Shown here: piece after piece, positions 11,403 through 20,806 of the stretch
Layout of the letters: each line of letters starts with the position of its first letter
Numbering within the stretch: the first letter of the stretch is position 1
Assembly: GCA_963695555.1 (NCBI GenBank)
Contig: CAVOGR010000001.1
Span: forward strand, 1,077,716 to 1,141,715
DNA length: 64,000 nt
DNA from: an uncultured Gemmatimonadales bacterium
GTDB lineage: Bacteria; Gemmatimonadota; Gemmatimonadetes; Gemmatimonadales; GWC2-71-9
Direction of reading: 5' to 3'
Translations under genes and position numbers: made by a program
The notes under the pieces: generated by a model
Database searches by the model: none
The model's input: only the letters and a program-made list of their open reading frames with translations
Told to the model about the DNA's origin: nothing

Positions 11403-12652
11403 TCGTCGGTCCCACGTCCGTTCGGACCGCCCGCGTTGTTGCGGCGAGCGCGCTACTTAGCCTGGTGGCGCTTGCGTGTCAGGAAGACCTGACGGCGCCC
11501 GGCTCCTGCCCGGCGCTCTGTCCCGGCGGTGCGCCCGAGGTGGTCGATACGGTCTTGACGCCGGTTCCTGGGGGCGACAGCACGTTCATCGGATATGTCG
11601 AGGCAGGTGCGGGATCCGCCCTGCTGGCTTCGGAGCAGCTCGGAGGCGTCGATGCCCGTGCCGTCCTTCGTTTCGCCTCACGAGGGGATTCGGTGCTGGT
11701 GCGCGACACCCTTCGTGCCTTCACCGTCGACTCCGTGCTCATCACGGTTGGCCTCCTGGCCCGTGACAGCACCGTTGCCGGATTGAGCCTCGTGCTCTAT
11801 CGCCTGCCGAGCACGGTCGATTCCGCGGTCACCCTGGCGGACGTCAACGCGGCCTTCATCCCCGCCAACCTGGTGGGGACCATTCCGATTCCGGATTCGA
11901 TTCAGACGGGAAGCGTCCAATTGCCACTGGCCGACACGTTGCTCGCCCGCGTGGCCATTCCCCCGGGCGACAGCGGCATCCTCGCGATCGCCATCGGCGT
12001 TCAGGGGCCAGCGCAGACCGGAGTCCGGCTGGGCAGCCAGACGGGTGGCTCGCTCGCTCCTGCCTTCACCACATTTGTGACCGCCGATATTGCCGATACG
12101 GCGCTTCAGGCCCAGCGCATCGCCCGGGTCGCCAGCTTCAACACATTCGTGACCAGCGCCGCGGGCTTCCCACCGCCGGATCTGCTCTCGGTCGGCGGCG
12201 CACCGTCCTCCCGGTCGCTCATCCGGTTCGCACTGCCGTCCCGGATCAAGGACTCCGTGCAGATCCTTCGGGCCACGCTCGAGTTTGTTCCCGAGAGCCC
12301 GCTTCCGGGGCTGCCAAATGACCCGGCCACCCTCGAGGTTCGCGGCATTCTGAGCGATATCGGGGCGAAGTCCCCGCTGTGCAATCTGTCGAACCTCTGC
12401 GGCGGCGCGATCATCACCCGCAGATCGCAAGCGGAGCTCGCGGCCGGCAGCACCGACACGCTGCGCGTGGAAGTCCCCGACATCGTCCGGGGCTGGCAGG
12501 GAGAGGACGGCGCGCCGGAAGCGTTCTTCGTCCTGCTGATACCCGAAGGGGGGAGCTTCACGACCGCGACATTCGGCTCCACGCGTGCGGGCGTGAACGT
12601 GCCCCGGCTCCGTATCACGTACGCCCGCCGGCTCGAATTCGAGGTTCCCTGA
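11399..12652 (+). CDS. Hypothetical beta-rich lipoprotein
   Basis: LVALAC lipobox; two similar beta-sandwich halves (RAVLRF.. / RSLIRF..ATLEF..PRLRITY). Confidence 0.75.
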   Translation: MIVGPTSVRTARVVAASALLSLVALACQEDLTAPGSCPALCPGGAPEVVDTVLTPVPGGDSTFIGYVEAGAGSALLASEQLGGVDARAVLRFASRGDSVLVRDTLRAFTVDSVLITVGLLARDSTVAGLSLVLYRLPSTVDSAVTLADVNAAFIPANLVGTIPIPDSIQTGSVQLPLADTLLARVAIPPGDSGILAIAIGVQGPAQTGVRLGSQTGGSLAPAFTTFVTADIADTALQAQRIARVASFNTFVTSAAGFPPPDLLSVGGAPSSRSLIRFALPSRIKDSVQILRATLEFVPESPLPGLPNDPATLEVRGILSDIGAKSPLCNLSNLCGGAIITRRSQAELAAGSTDTLRVEVPDIVRGWQGEDGAPEAFFVLLIPEGGSFTTATFGSTRAGVNVPRLRITYARRLEFEVP

Positions 12653-12653
12653 T

Positions 12654-13796
12654 ATGCGGCGTCTTCTCCTGGGTACTCTCCTCGGGGCGCTGGTTCCGTG
12701 CATCGTGTCGGCACAGGCGTCGCAGTTCGGCACGCGTGGGCTTGGGCTGCCGGGACGCGGCGCATCGGTGCGGGCGATGGCAATGGGTGGGGGGTTCTCG
12801 CTGTTCGACGCCGAATCGAGCCTGAACCCGGCGGCGCTCACCGCGCTGGAAAACCTGGCGGCGGGGTTCACCGTGCTTCAGGAGTGGCGATCGCCCAGCA
12901 ATCCGGTCGGGGACGCGTCGCTCAAAGACAGCCGGTTTCCCCTGGTCCGTGTCGCCGGGCCCATCAAGAGCATCGGCCTGTGGATCGGTGGGTCGGCCAC
13001 GCTCTACACCGACCAGGATTTTCGGATCGCGACCACCGACACCTTGTTGTTGCGGGGAGAGCCCGTTGGGATATGGGACACGACCACGTCGCTCGGAGGG
13101 CTCAACGACCTCCAGCTCGGGGCGGCGCTCAAGCTCAATGACGTCTGGTCCGTCGGCATGGGCCTCCACGTCATCACCGGTGGCACCCGGGTCGAGATCC
13201 GCCGTTCGTTCTCGGACTCGAGCTTCGTGTCATTCCGCCAGCGCGCAGAACTGTCGCACACTGGCTGGGGCGTCTCGGCCGGCATCCTCGGGCAGCTGAC
13301 CCCGGGTCTTGCGGTGGCGGCGATGGCGCGGACAGACGCCAAGGCCCACACCGACCGCGACTCCACGTCGCTCGGCACCATCGACCTGCCACATCGGTTC
13401 GGCGCCGGCATCCGCTGGCAAGCGAGGCCCAAGCTCGCGCTGGCTGGCCACGTGCTCTACCGGACCTGGTCCGCAGCGAACAGCGATCTCCTGGCCCGCG
13501 GAGGCACCGGGGCCCAGAACACCTGGGAGGTCGCGGTTGGCGGTGAGCTGGTGGGCGATCCGGAGCGTCCGTATCGTCGGCCGATTCGCTTCGGCGTGCG
13601 CTACGGCCAGCTGCCCTTTCCGCTCGTGACCGGGGAACAGGGCAGGGAGTTCGGCGTGTCGATTGGGACCGGGACCCGGTTTGCGGCCCTCCGGGCTGGA
13701 GTGGACCTGGCGCTCGAACGGGTGTGGCGCAGCGAAGGGCCCGACTTCTCCGAGACGGCCTGGATTCTTACCGCTGGGGTGTCGGTTACGCCGTAG
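12654..13796 (+). CDS. Outer-membrane beta-barrel protein (FadL/PorV-like)
   Basis: Signal peptide, RAMAMGGG..LNPAAL plug motif typical of the FadL/PorV superfamily, and amphipathic strands. Confidence 0.7.
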   Translation: MRRLLLGTLLGALVPCIVSAQASQFGTRGLGLPGRGASVRAMAMGGGFSLFDAESSLNPAALTALENLAAGFTVLQEWRSPSNPVGDASLKDSRFPLVRVAGPIKSIGLWIGGSATLYTDQDFRIATTDTLLLRGEPVGIWDTTTSLGGLNDLQLGAALKLNDVWSVGMGLHVITGGTRVEIRRSFSDSSFVSFRQRAELSHTGWGVSAGILGQLTPGLAVAAMARTDAKAHTDRDSTSLGTIDLPHRFGAGIRWQARPKLALAGHVLYRTWSAANSDLLARGGTGAQNTWEVAVGGELVGDPERPYRRPIRFGVRYGQLPFPLVTGEQGREFGVSIGTGTRFAALRAGVDLALERVWRSEGPDFSETAWILTAGVSVTP

Positions 13797-13877
13797 CATA
13801 CCGCCACCCGGCCAGGCTTGGCGGGACGGTGCACCTTGGTTTCCGATCCCACCCCGTCGGACTATCTTGATTGACTC

Positions 13878-15188
13878 ATGGCAACCTCCGTCTACATCGA
13901 AACCTACGGCTGCCAAATGAACGTGGCAGACAGCGAGCTCATGGCCGGCTTGCTGCATGCGCACGGGTATACCATCAGTCCGGTACCGGATCAGGCGGAT
14001 GTCATCCTGGTCAACACGTGCGCGGTCCGCGAGAACGCCGAGCAGCGGGTGGTGGGCCGGCTCGGGGATCTCCAACGCTACACCCGCCCGGGCAGCGTGC
14101 TGGGCGTCGTTGGCTGCATGGCGCAGCGACTCGGCAGCGAACTCACGGAGCGCGTGCCCCGGGTCAACTTGGTGGCCGGCCCGGACGCCTACCGCTCCCT
14201 TCCCGATCTGTTGCGCTTGGCGGCAGGCGGTGAGCGCACAGTGGATACCGAGCTCCGACCCTGGGAACATTACGAGGACATCCCGCAGACGCGAACGGCC
14301 GGACCCACGGCCTTCGTGACGGTCCAGCGCGGCTGCGATTATCGGTGCACCTTCTGCATCGTTCCGTATACCCGCGGCAACGAGCGCAGCCGCACATTGG
14401 AGTTGATTCTCCGAGAGGTACGTGATCTCGTTGCCGAAGGAAGCAGCGAAGTCACCCTGCTCGGGCAAACCGTCAACGGCTACCACGATGGCGTCGCCGA
14501 CTTCGCCGACCTCCTCCGGGCGGTCGGCGCCGTGGACGGAGTGCGGCGGGTGCGCTTCACCAGCCCATACCCGACTGATTTCACCGATCGGGTCATCGAG
14601 GCCATGGCCACGACGTCCGCCGTGTGTGAGCACGTGCATCTCCCTGCCCAAAGCGGGTCGAATGCAGTGTTGCGGCGTATGCTGCGCCGGTATACGCGGG
14701 AACAGTTTCTGGACGTGATGGCCCGGCTGCGGGCGGCGATTCCCGGCATCACGTTCACCACGGATTTGATCGTGGGCTTTCCCGGCGAGACCGAAGCGCA
14801 GTTCCAGGAGACGCTGAGCCTCGTCGGGGAAGCGCAATTCGATGACGCGTACACGTTCCGATACTCCGAGCGCGAAGGAACCCCGGCAGTCAAGCTCGGC
14901 CACGCGGTGCCCGAGGAGGAGGCCGGTGAGCGATTGCAGCGGCTCATTGGCGTGGTGCGGAAGGTGGCTCGCCGCCGGAACGTCGCGCGCGTGGGCACCA
15001 TCACCGAGGTGCTGGTGGAGCGCCCGGCAAAGCGCGGGGGCCAATTGGGACGGACGCGGAGCAACCAGATGGTGCTCCTGGATCTGCCGGAATCGTCCAT
15101 CGGCGATTACCACCGGGTCCGCCTCACCGGCACCACCGGTTCCACCTTTACCGCGACGCTCACTACCTCGCAGCTGGCCGTACTATGA
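13878..15188 (+). CDS. miaB: tRNA-2-methylthio-N6-dimethylallyladenosine synthase
   Basis: ETYGCQMNVADSE, NTCAVRENAE, CDYRCTFC radical-SAM motif and a C-terminal TRAM domain. Confidence 0.97.
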   Translation: MATSVYIETYGCQMNVADSELMAGLLHAHGYTISPVPDQADVILVNTCAVRENAEQRVVGRLGDLQRYTRPGSVLGVVGCMAQRLGSELTERVPRVNLVAGPDAYRSLPDLLRLAAGGERTVDTELRPWEHYEDIPQTRTAGPTAFVTVQRGCDYRCTFCIVPYTRGNERSRTLELILREVRDLVAEGSSEVTLLGQTVNGYHDGVADFADLLRAVGAVDGVRRVRFTSPYPTDFTDRVIEAMATTSAVCEHVHLPAQSGSNAVLRRMLRRYTREQFLDVMARLRAAIPGITFTTDLIVGFPGETEAQFQETLSLVGEAQFDDAYTFRYSEREGTPAVKLGHAVPEEEAGERLQRLIGVVRKVARRRNVARVGTITEVLVERPAKRGGQLGRTRSNQMVLLDLPESSIGDYHRVRLTGTTGSTFTATLTTSQLAVL

Positions 15189-15469
15189 TCCGCAATCTCA
15201 CCGAAGACCGAGTCACCGAAGCCTACCGCCGTCTGTCGACCCACTTCCCCAGCTTTTGTGGCTGCGACAGCTGCCGCAACGATGTGCTCATCTTTGCCTT
15301 GAACCGGCTGCCGCCCCGCTATGTGGCCTCCGACGAAGGCAAGGCCGTCACCGAGTTCCAACTGGAAAAGGGTCAGAATCGGGCCGACATCGACCGGACG
15401 CTGATCGATGGATTCAAGACGGTGGCCATGGCGCCACGCTGTGGCAAGGTGAAGCCGCAGACGCTCTGA
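15185..15469 (+). CDS. ComFB-family protein
   Basis: N..E..V, CGCDSCRNDVLIFALNRLPPRYV and terminal PR motif of the ComFB domain. Confidence 0.85.
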   Translation: MIRNLTEDRVTEAYRRLSTHFPSFCGCDSCRNDVLIFALNRLPPRYVASDEGKAVTEFQLEKGQNRADIDRTLIDGFKTVAMAPRCGKVKPQTL

Positions 15470-15482
15470 TCCGAGCGCCGCG

Positions 15483-17879
15483 ATGATGCGGCGCCCGATC
15501 ATCCCAGTCACCGTCTGCTTCGGGGCCGGTCTCGCGACCGGCCTCCTGCGTTTCGGGGCACCCCTCGTCGCCATTTCGCTCTTCGTGCTCATCGGAGTCG
15601 CCGGCCGGCGATCGTGGGTTGGCTGGCTCAGCCTGGTGCTGCTGCTCGGCCGACTGCTCGGCGGCGCGCTCGCTCAGGCCGAGCACGAGCGTTGTGCGGT
15701 ACGACTGCCCCAAGCGCGCGTCGAATTCCTGGCCCTGGTTCTGGAGCCGGTCGACTCGTCCGGCGGTGTGACCCGGCTCGAGCCACTCGGTGCGGGGTGC
15801 CGGGGCTCGACGGCAGCGCGGTGGCCGCCAGCCGAGCCCGTCCTTGCCGGGAACGAAGTCCGGCTGGTCGGTCGCTGGGTTCGGGGCGACGAACGAAACG
15901 GCCGCCAGAGAGGGCGATGGGTCATCGAGAAGGTGCTCGATGTCCGACAGCGACCTCGTCCCGATCACGCCCTTCGCAATGCCACGGTCCGCATGATCGA
16001 CCGGCTCTACGGGTCCCGCGCGCCGATCGTAGACGCCTTGGTCCTCAATCGGAAGGCAGACTTGGATCCTGCACTCCGCGACCGCTTCGCCCGATCCGGC
16101 ATGATTCACCTGCTGGCCATTTCCGGGTTTCACGTCGGGCTCCTGACGGCGTGGTTATACGCTGCCTGCCGCCTGGTGGGGTTGGCGCGCACCACGGCGC
16201 TCATCGCGGCTTCAGGCGGCGCCGTGGCATATGCCGCGTTCCTGGGCTGGCCGGCCCCCGCCACGAGGGCTGCCCTCTTGTGCCTGCTGGTGTCGGTGGC
16301 GCGCGGCCGCCAGCGAAGGGTCGACGCCCTGTCGGTGCTCTCGGCAACCGCCCTCCTGGTCATGCTGGTGGACCCGTGGGCGATACTCAATGCCGGGGCC
16401 TGGCTTTCGGTTCTTGCAGTCTGGGGCATCATGACGTTCGCACCGAATCGTGACGCGGGTCAAAGGGTGCGACTCGTTCAGCACGCCTTCGCCTCGTCGC
16501 TGGGAGCGACGCTCGCAACGGCGCCGGTCATCGCGGCACTGTTTGGTGTGGTATCCGTGGCCGGGATCGTCGTCAATCTGGTGGCGCTTCCCATCGCCGG
16601 CATCGCGGTGCCGGGAGTTTTGGCGAGCCTCATCACCGCCCCGTTCGCGTTTCCCATCGCAGAGCGTCTTGCCGGCGGCACGGGCCTCGGCCTCAATCTG
16701 TTGGAGCAATTGGCGGAGTGGGGAAGCCGAATTCCGTTGGGCCACGTCGTCCAGCCCACCGGTGCGTTGGCGGCGGTTCCCTGGGTACTGGTGCTGGCGG
16801 CAGGTCTGTGGATTCGCGGCCGGGGCACCACGCTGGGCGAGGCTTGGCGGAGGATCCTATGGGTGGGCGTGCTCGCGCTCTGGGGAGCGCTGGGCCTCGG
16901 GCTGGCCGGCCCGGCGGGCGGGCACGGATCGCTCGCGTTACATTTTCTCGATGTGGGGCAGGGCGACGGTGCTGCCATTCGCACGCCCGGGGGACGGTGG
17001 GTCATCGTGGATGCCGGCCCCAGGCACGATCGATTCGACGCCGGCCGTCGCCGCGTCGTCCCATTCCTGCGACGACATCGAGCCCAGTCGCTCGACATGG
17101 TGTTGGTATCTCATGCGCATGCCGACCATCTCGGCGGAATTCGAGCTGTGCTCGAGCAATTTCCCGTGGGTGTGGCGGTCGAACCGGGCTTCCCCGTTGC
17201 CGACCCGATGTATCGGGAATTCTTGGGGGCCATGGAACGACACGAGATTCTCTGGCAACCTGCGAGGTCGGGGCAGCGGATGGAAATCGACGGGGTAGAG
17301 TTCTCGATCATCCATCCCGACAGCGCGTGGCAGGGGTGGGGTGCAGATCTCAATGAGGACTCGATCGTGCTCCTGGTCGAGTATGGAGACTTCCAGGCGC
17401 TCTTTGCCGGCGATGCGGGCCTGCCGGTCGAGGCACTGCTGGAGGGGCGGGTAGGCTCGGTCGATGTGTTGAAGGTGGGCCATCATGGCTCGGCAAGTGC
17501 CACAGGCGGAGCGTGGGTCCGAGAGTTGCAGCCGAAGGTGGCGGTCGTTAGCGTGGGCAAGAACCGTTACGGCCACCCCGACCCGGGCGTCCTGGCCAGG
17601 CTTGGGGCCGAGGGGATAGCCCTCTGGCGCACCGATCGGGACGGAGTGGTAACCATCGAGACGGACGGGCGCACCATGGAGGTGTACGGTGCGCACCGCC
17701 GCCAGTTCGTTGCCGACCTCCGTGATTCGAACCGTTCTAGACAGGCGGATCGGCCGGCGCGCGTCCGGCCGCCACGCCCGGCGAGAGGAGTAACGCCCAG
17801 TGATTCACGATTCGGCGGTCACCACGATCGAACGATTCATCATCGATCAGGAGCGTCAGCACCCGCAGGCGACAGGTGA
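15483..17879 (+). CDS. comEC: DNA internalization competence protein ComEC/Rec2
   Basis: HLLAISGFHVG competence domain, LDVGQGD, SHAHADHLGG and LKVGHHGS beta-lactamase-fold motifs. Confidence 0.95.
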   Translation: MMRRPIIPVTVCFGAGLATGLLRFGAPLVAISLFVLIGVAGRRSWVGWLSLVLLLGRLLGGALAQAEHERCAVRLPQARVEFLALVLEPVDSSGGVTRLEPLGAGCRGSTAARWPPAEPVLAGNEVRLVGRWVRGDERNGRQRGRWVIEKVLDVRQRPRPDHALRNATVRMIDRLYGSRAPIVDALVLNRKADLDPALRDRFARSGMIHLLAISGFHVGLLTAWLYAACRLVGLARTTALIAASGGAVAYAAFLGWPAPATRAALLCLLVSVARGRQRRVDALSVLSATALLVMLVDPWAILNAGAWLSVLAVWGIMTFAPNRDAGQRVRLVQHAFASSLGATLATAPVIAALFGVVSVAGIVVNLVALPIAGIAVPGVLASLITAPFAFPIAERLAGGTGLGLNLLEQLAEWGSRIPLGHVVQPTGALAAVPWVLVLAAGLWIRGRGTTLGEAWRRILWVGVLALWGALGLGLAGPAGGHGSLALHFLDVGQGDGAAIRTPGGRWVIVDAGPRHDRFDAGRRRVVPFLRRHRAQSLDMVLVSHAHADHLGGIRAVLEQFPVGVAVEPGFPVADPMYREFLGAMERHEILWQPARSGQRMEIDGVEFSIIHPDSAWQGWGADLNEDSIVLLVEYGDFQALFAGDAGLPVEALLEGRVGSVDVLKVGHHGSASATGGAWVRELQPKVAVVSVGKNRYGHPDPGVLARLGAEGIALWRTDRDGVVTIETDGRTMEVYGAHRRQFVADLRDSNRSRQADRPARVRPPRPARGVTPSDSRFGGHHDRTIHHRSGASAPAGDR

Positions 17880-18813
17880 ACTCTCCGATATCCTCTACGA
17901 TATCTGTCTGGCCGCAAAGCTCATCGCAGCCGAAATTCGCCGCGCTGGCTTGGTCGACGTGCTGGGCTCGGCGGAAGCGACCAATGTGCAGGGCGAGGAG
18001 CAGCAGAAGCTCGACGTATTCGCCAACGAGGTCATCAAGAATTCGTTGCTGCACACCGGTCGGGTATGCGTGATGGGATCGGAGGAGGAGGAGGCGCTCA
18101 TCCCGGTTCCGGACGCGTATCCGGCGGGGAAATACGTCCTGCTCTACGATCCGCTCGACGGGTCCTCCAATATCGACTGCAATTCGTCGGTCGGGACCAT
18201 CTTCAGCGTGTATCGCCGGGTGACACCGGACGGATGCGGGACCCTGGCGGACCTGCTGCAGCCGGGCAAGGAACAGGTCGCGGCGGGCTACGTGATGTAC
18301 GGGTCGAGCACGATGCTGGTGTACTCGACCGGGGACGGGGTCCACGGATTTACCCTCGATCCGACGATTGGGGAGTTCCTGCTCTCGCACCCGCGTATCG
18401 TCATGCCGGACGTGGGGCAATACTACAGCGTGAACGAGAGCAACTTCACTCGCTGGAGCCCCGGGATTCAACGAGCGGTGCGCGGATTCAAAGGAGACCT
18501 GCCGGATCGCATCGACCGGAAGAACAGTCGGTACATCGGTTCGTTCGTGGCGGATTTCCACCGCAATCTCGTGAACGGCGGCATCTTCCTCTATCCGGCG
18601 GACACCAAGAACCCGCACGGCAAGCTGCGCATGCTCTATGAGGCGAGCCCCATGGCATTCCTGGCGGAGCAGGCCGGTGGCCTGGCGACCGACGGGCGGC
18701 GCCGCATCATGGATTTGCCGGTGACCGAGCTGCACCAGCGAACGCCGTTGGTCATCGGGACCAAGCGCGACGTGGAATTCGTGCGTGACATCCTGACGGA
18801 GGTCGAGGGGTGA
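17800..18813 (+). CDS. fbp: Class 1 fructose-1,6-bisphosphatase
   Basis: NVQGEEQQKLD, DPLDGSSNID, RYIGSFVADFHRNL and GKLRMLYE. Confidence 0.97.
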   Translation: MIHDSAVTTIERFIIDQERQHPQATGELSDILYDICLAAKLIAAEIRRAGLVDVLGSAEATNVQGEEQQKLDVFANEVIKNSLLHTGRVCVMGSEEEEALIPVPDAYPAGKYVLLYDPLDGSSNIDCNSSVGTIFSVYRRVTPDGCGTLADLLQPGKEQVAAGYVMYGSSTMLVYSTGDGVHGFTLDPTIGEFLLSHPRIVMPDVGQYYSVNESNFTRWSPGIQRAVRGFKGDLPDRIDRKNSRYIGSFVADFHRNLVNGGIFLYPADTKNPHGKLRMLYEASPMAFLAEQAGGLATDGRRRIMDLPVTELHQRTPLVIGTKRDVEFVRDILTEVEG

Positions 18814-20375
18814 GCGGTCCCGATCCCAAGGGCACGCGGAAGCAGGTATACGGGCAGGCCGATTGGCACGGCGATATCCCACGTGATCTTGGCTCGCCGG
18901 GCGAGTTCCCGTTCACCCGGGGCGTGTACCCCACGATGTACACCACTCGAGTGTGGACCATGCGGCAGTATGCCGGGTTCGGCACCGCGCATGAAACCAA
19001 CCGGCGGTTTCGCCGGCTCCTGGCTGCCGGGCAAACCGGCCTATCCACGGCGTTCGACCTACCCACGCAAATGGGGATGGACTCCGACCACCCGCTCGCG
19101 CAGGCCGAAGTCGGCCGTGTGGGGGTGGCCATCGATACGGTGGACGATCTCGCCGAGCTGTTTCGCGAAATCCCGCTCGACCGCGTGTCCACCTCGATGA
19201 CCATCAATGCCACCGCCGCCATGCTGCTCGCCATGTACGTGGTGGTCGGCGAGGAGCAGGGGGTGGCTCGGACGCACTTGACCGGCACGGTCCAGAATGA
19301 TGTGTTGAAGGAGTACATTGCGCGTGGGACGTACATCTATCCGGCGGAGCCGTCGTTGCGTCTCGTGACCGACGTGTTCCGGTTTGTCGCCACCGAAGGC
19401 ATGCGGTTCAACCCCATTTCCATCAGTGGCTATCACATGCGGGAGGCCGGTGCTACGGCCGTCGAAGAAGTCGGCTTTACCCTGGCCAACGCGGTGGAGT
19501 ACGTCGGCCGCGCGGTCCACGCGGGCCTGGACATCGAGGACTTAGGGCCGCGGCTGTCGTTCTTCTTTGCCGCCCACAACGACCTGTTCGAAGAGGCGGC
19601 AAAATTCCGGGCCGCGCGCCGACTGTGGGCCCGCCTGGTACGTGAGCGATTCAGCGGCAGCGACGCAGCGGCCCGACTCAGATTCCACACCCAAACGGGC
19701 GGCGTCACGCTTCAGGCGCAACAACCGCGGAACAACATCGTGCGGGTAACCATCCAGGCGCTCTCCGCCGTGCTGGGTGGCACCCAATCCTTGCACACCA
19801 ACAGCTATGACGAGGCGCTCACGTTGCCGTCCGCGGAGGCGGCCACCCTGGCGCTTCGGACCCAGCAGATTCTGGCATATGAGAGCGGGGTCACGTCGAC
19901 GGTCGACCCCTTGGCCGGGAGTTACTATGTCGAGGCCCTGACCGACGACATCGAGCAGGGTGCCCGGGAAATCCTGGCCGAAGTCGATGGGATGGGAGGT
20001 GCGGGGGCGGCCATCGAGCGTGGCTATTTTCAGGAACGGATCGCCAGGAGCGCCTATCGAGCGCAGCAGTTACACGAGCGAGGTGACCAAGTCGTGGTTG
20101 GCGTCAACCAATTCACCGATAACGCCCCGCCGTCCCCGATCGAGATCCCGAATTTCGAAGAACTGGCAGACCGCCAACGCGAGCGGCTCACCCGGGCCAA
20201 GGCGGCCCGCGACGCGACGGCCGTCGCGCGGGCGCTCGGGGCGCTCCGGGACGCGGCCGCGGAGGGCCAGCCGCTCATGACCTGCCTCATTGATGCGGTC
20301 CGTGTCCGGGCGACCATCGGCGAGATGAGCGGCGTGCTGAAGGAGCTGTGGGGCGCATACGTGCCGCCTGGGTGA
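18810..20375 (+). CDS. Methylmalonyl-CoA mutase family, substrate-binding (large) subunit lacking the B12-binding domain
   Basis: PFTRGVYPTMY, WTMRQYAGFG (Tyr, MCM-type), ISISGYHMREAG and GGTQSLHTNSYDEA; no DxHxxG motif. Confidence 0.92.
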   Translation: MSGPDPKGTRKQVYGQADWHGDIPRDLGSPGEFPFTRGVYPTMYTTRVWTMRQYAGFGTAHETNRRFRRLLAAGQTGLSTAFDLPTQMGMDSDHPLAQAEVGRVGVAIDTVDDLAELFREIPLDRVSTSMTINATAAMLLAMYVVVGEEQGVARTHLTGTVQNDVLKEYIARGTYIYPAEPSLRLVTDVFRFVATEGMRFNPISISGYHMREAGATAVEEVGFTLANAVEYVGRAVHAGLDIEDLGPRLSFFFAAHNDLFEEAAKFRAARRLWARLVRERFSGSDAAARLRFHTQTGGVTLQAQQPRNNIVRVTIQALSAVLGGTQSLHTNSYDEALTLPSAEAATLALRTQQILAYESGVTSTVDPLAGSYYVEALTDDIEQGAREILAEVDGMGGAGAAIERGYFQERIARSAYRAQQLHERGDQVVVGVNQFTDNAPPSPIEIPNFEELADRQRERLTRAKAARDATAVARALGALRDAAAEGQPLMTCLIDAVRVRATIGEMSGVLKELWGAYVPPG

Positions 20376-20406
20376 GGTCTTGCGCGCCTCGCCACCACCG
20401 GCCAGC

Positions 20407-20435
20407 TTGAATCGCGGGTCACATCCGGCTAAGAT
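20407..20435 (+). promoter_or_regulatory. Putative sigma70 promoter for the FmdB-argS operon
   Basis: TTGAAT-17 bp-TAAGAT in the intergenic gap. Confidence 0.5.
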
Positions 20436-20479
20436 ATTGCGTTTTCTGTTCTTATGAGGCACGAGGTTCAGCAGCGACC

Positions 20480-20806
20480 ATGCCGACGTACGAGTACGTG
20501 TGCCTATCGGGGCACACCTTTGAACGATTCGAGAAGATGTCGGACGCTCCCCGCACCAAATGCCCGGTGTGCGGCAAGCGCGCCGTGCGTCAGATTTCGG
20601 GCGGCGCCGGCCTCGTGTTCAAGGGCAGCGGCTTCTACATCACGGATTACGGCAAGGACGGCAAGGGGCCCCGGAAGGCGGACAAGAGCGGGGAAAAGCA
20701 GGAGAAGGGCGCCGAGAAGTCCGCCGCCGCTGAGAAATCCAAACCCGCCGCGTCGGACAAGGGTGGCGGCGACTCCGGCGGTTCCGCCCCGAAGGCGCCA
20801 ACGTGA
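20480..20806 (+). CDS. FmdB-family zinc-ribbon protein
   Basis: MPTYEYVC..GH.FE..CPVCG..FKGSGFYITDY followed by a low-complexity K/S/A tail. Confidence 0.92.
   Translation: MPTYEYVCLSGHTFERFEKMSDAPRTKCPVCGKRAVRQISGGAGLVFKGSGFYITDYGKDGKGPRKADKSGEKQEKGAEKSAAAEKSKPAASDKGGGDSGGSAPKAPT

Noticed and set aside
13230..15113. 627-aa antisense ORF, and similar long shadows over ftsY/recG, fbp and clpB
   Set aside because: Overlaps well-supported + strand genes and has no recognisable motifs.
17800..17879. 80-bp comEC/fbp overlap as a special feature
   Set aside because: Most likely a non-conserved low-complexity C-terminal read-through of ComEC.
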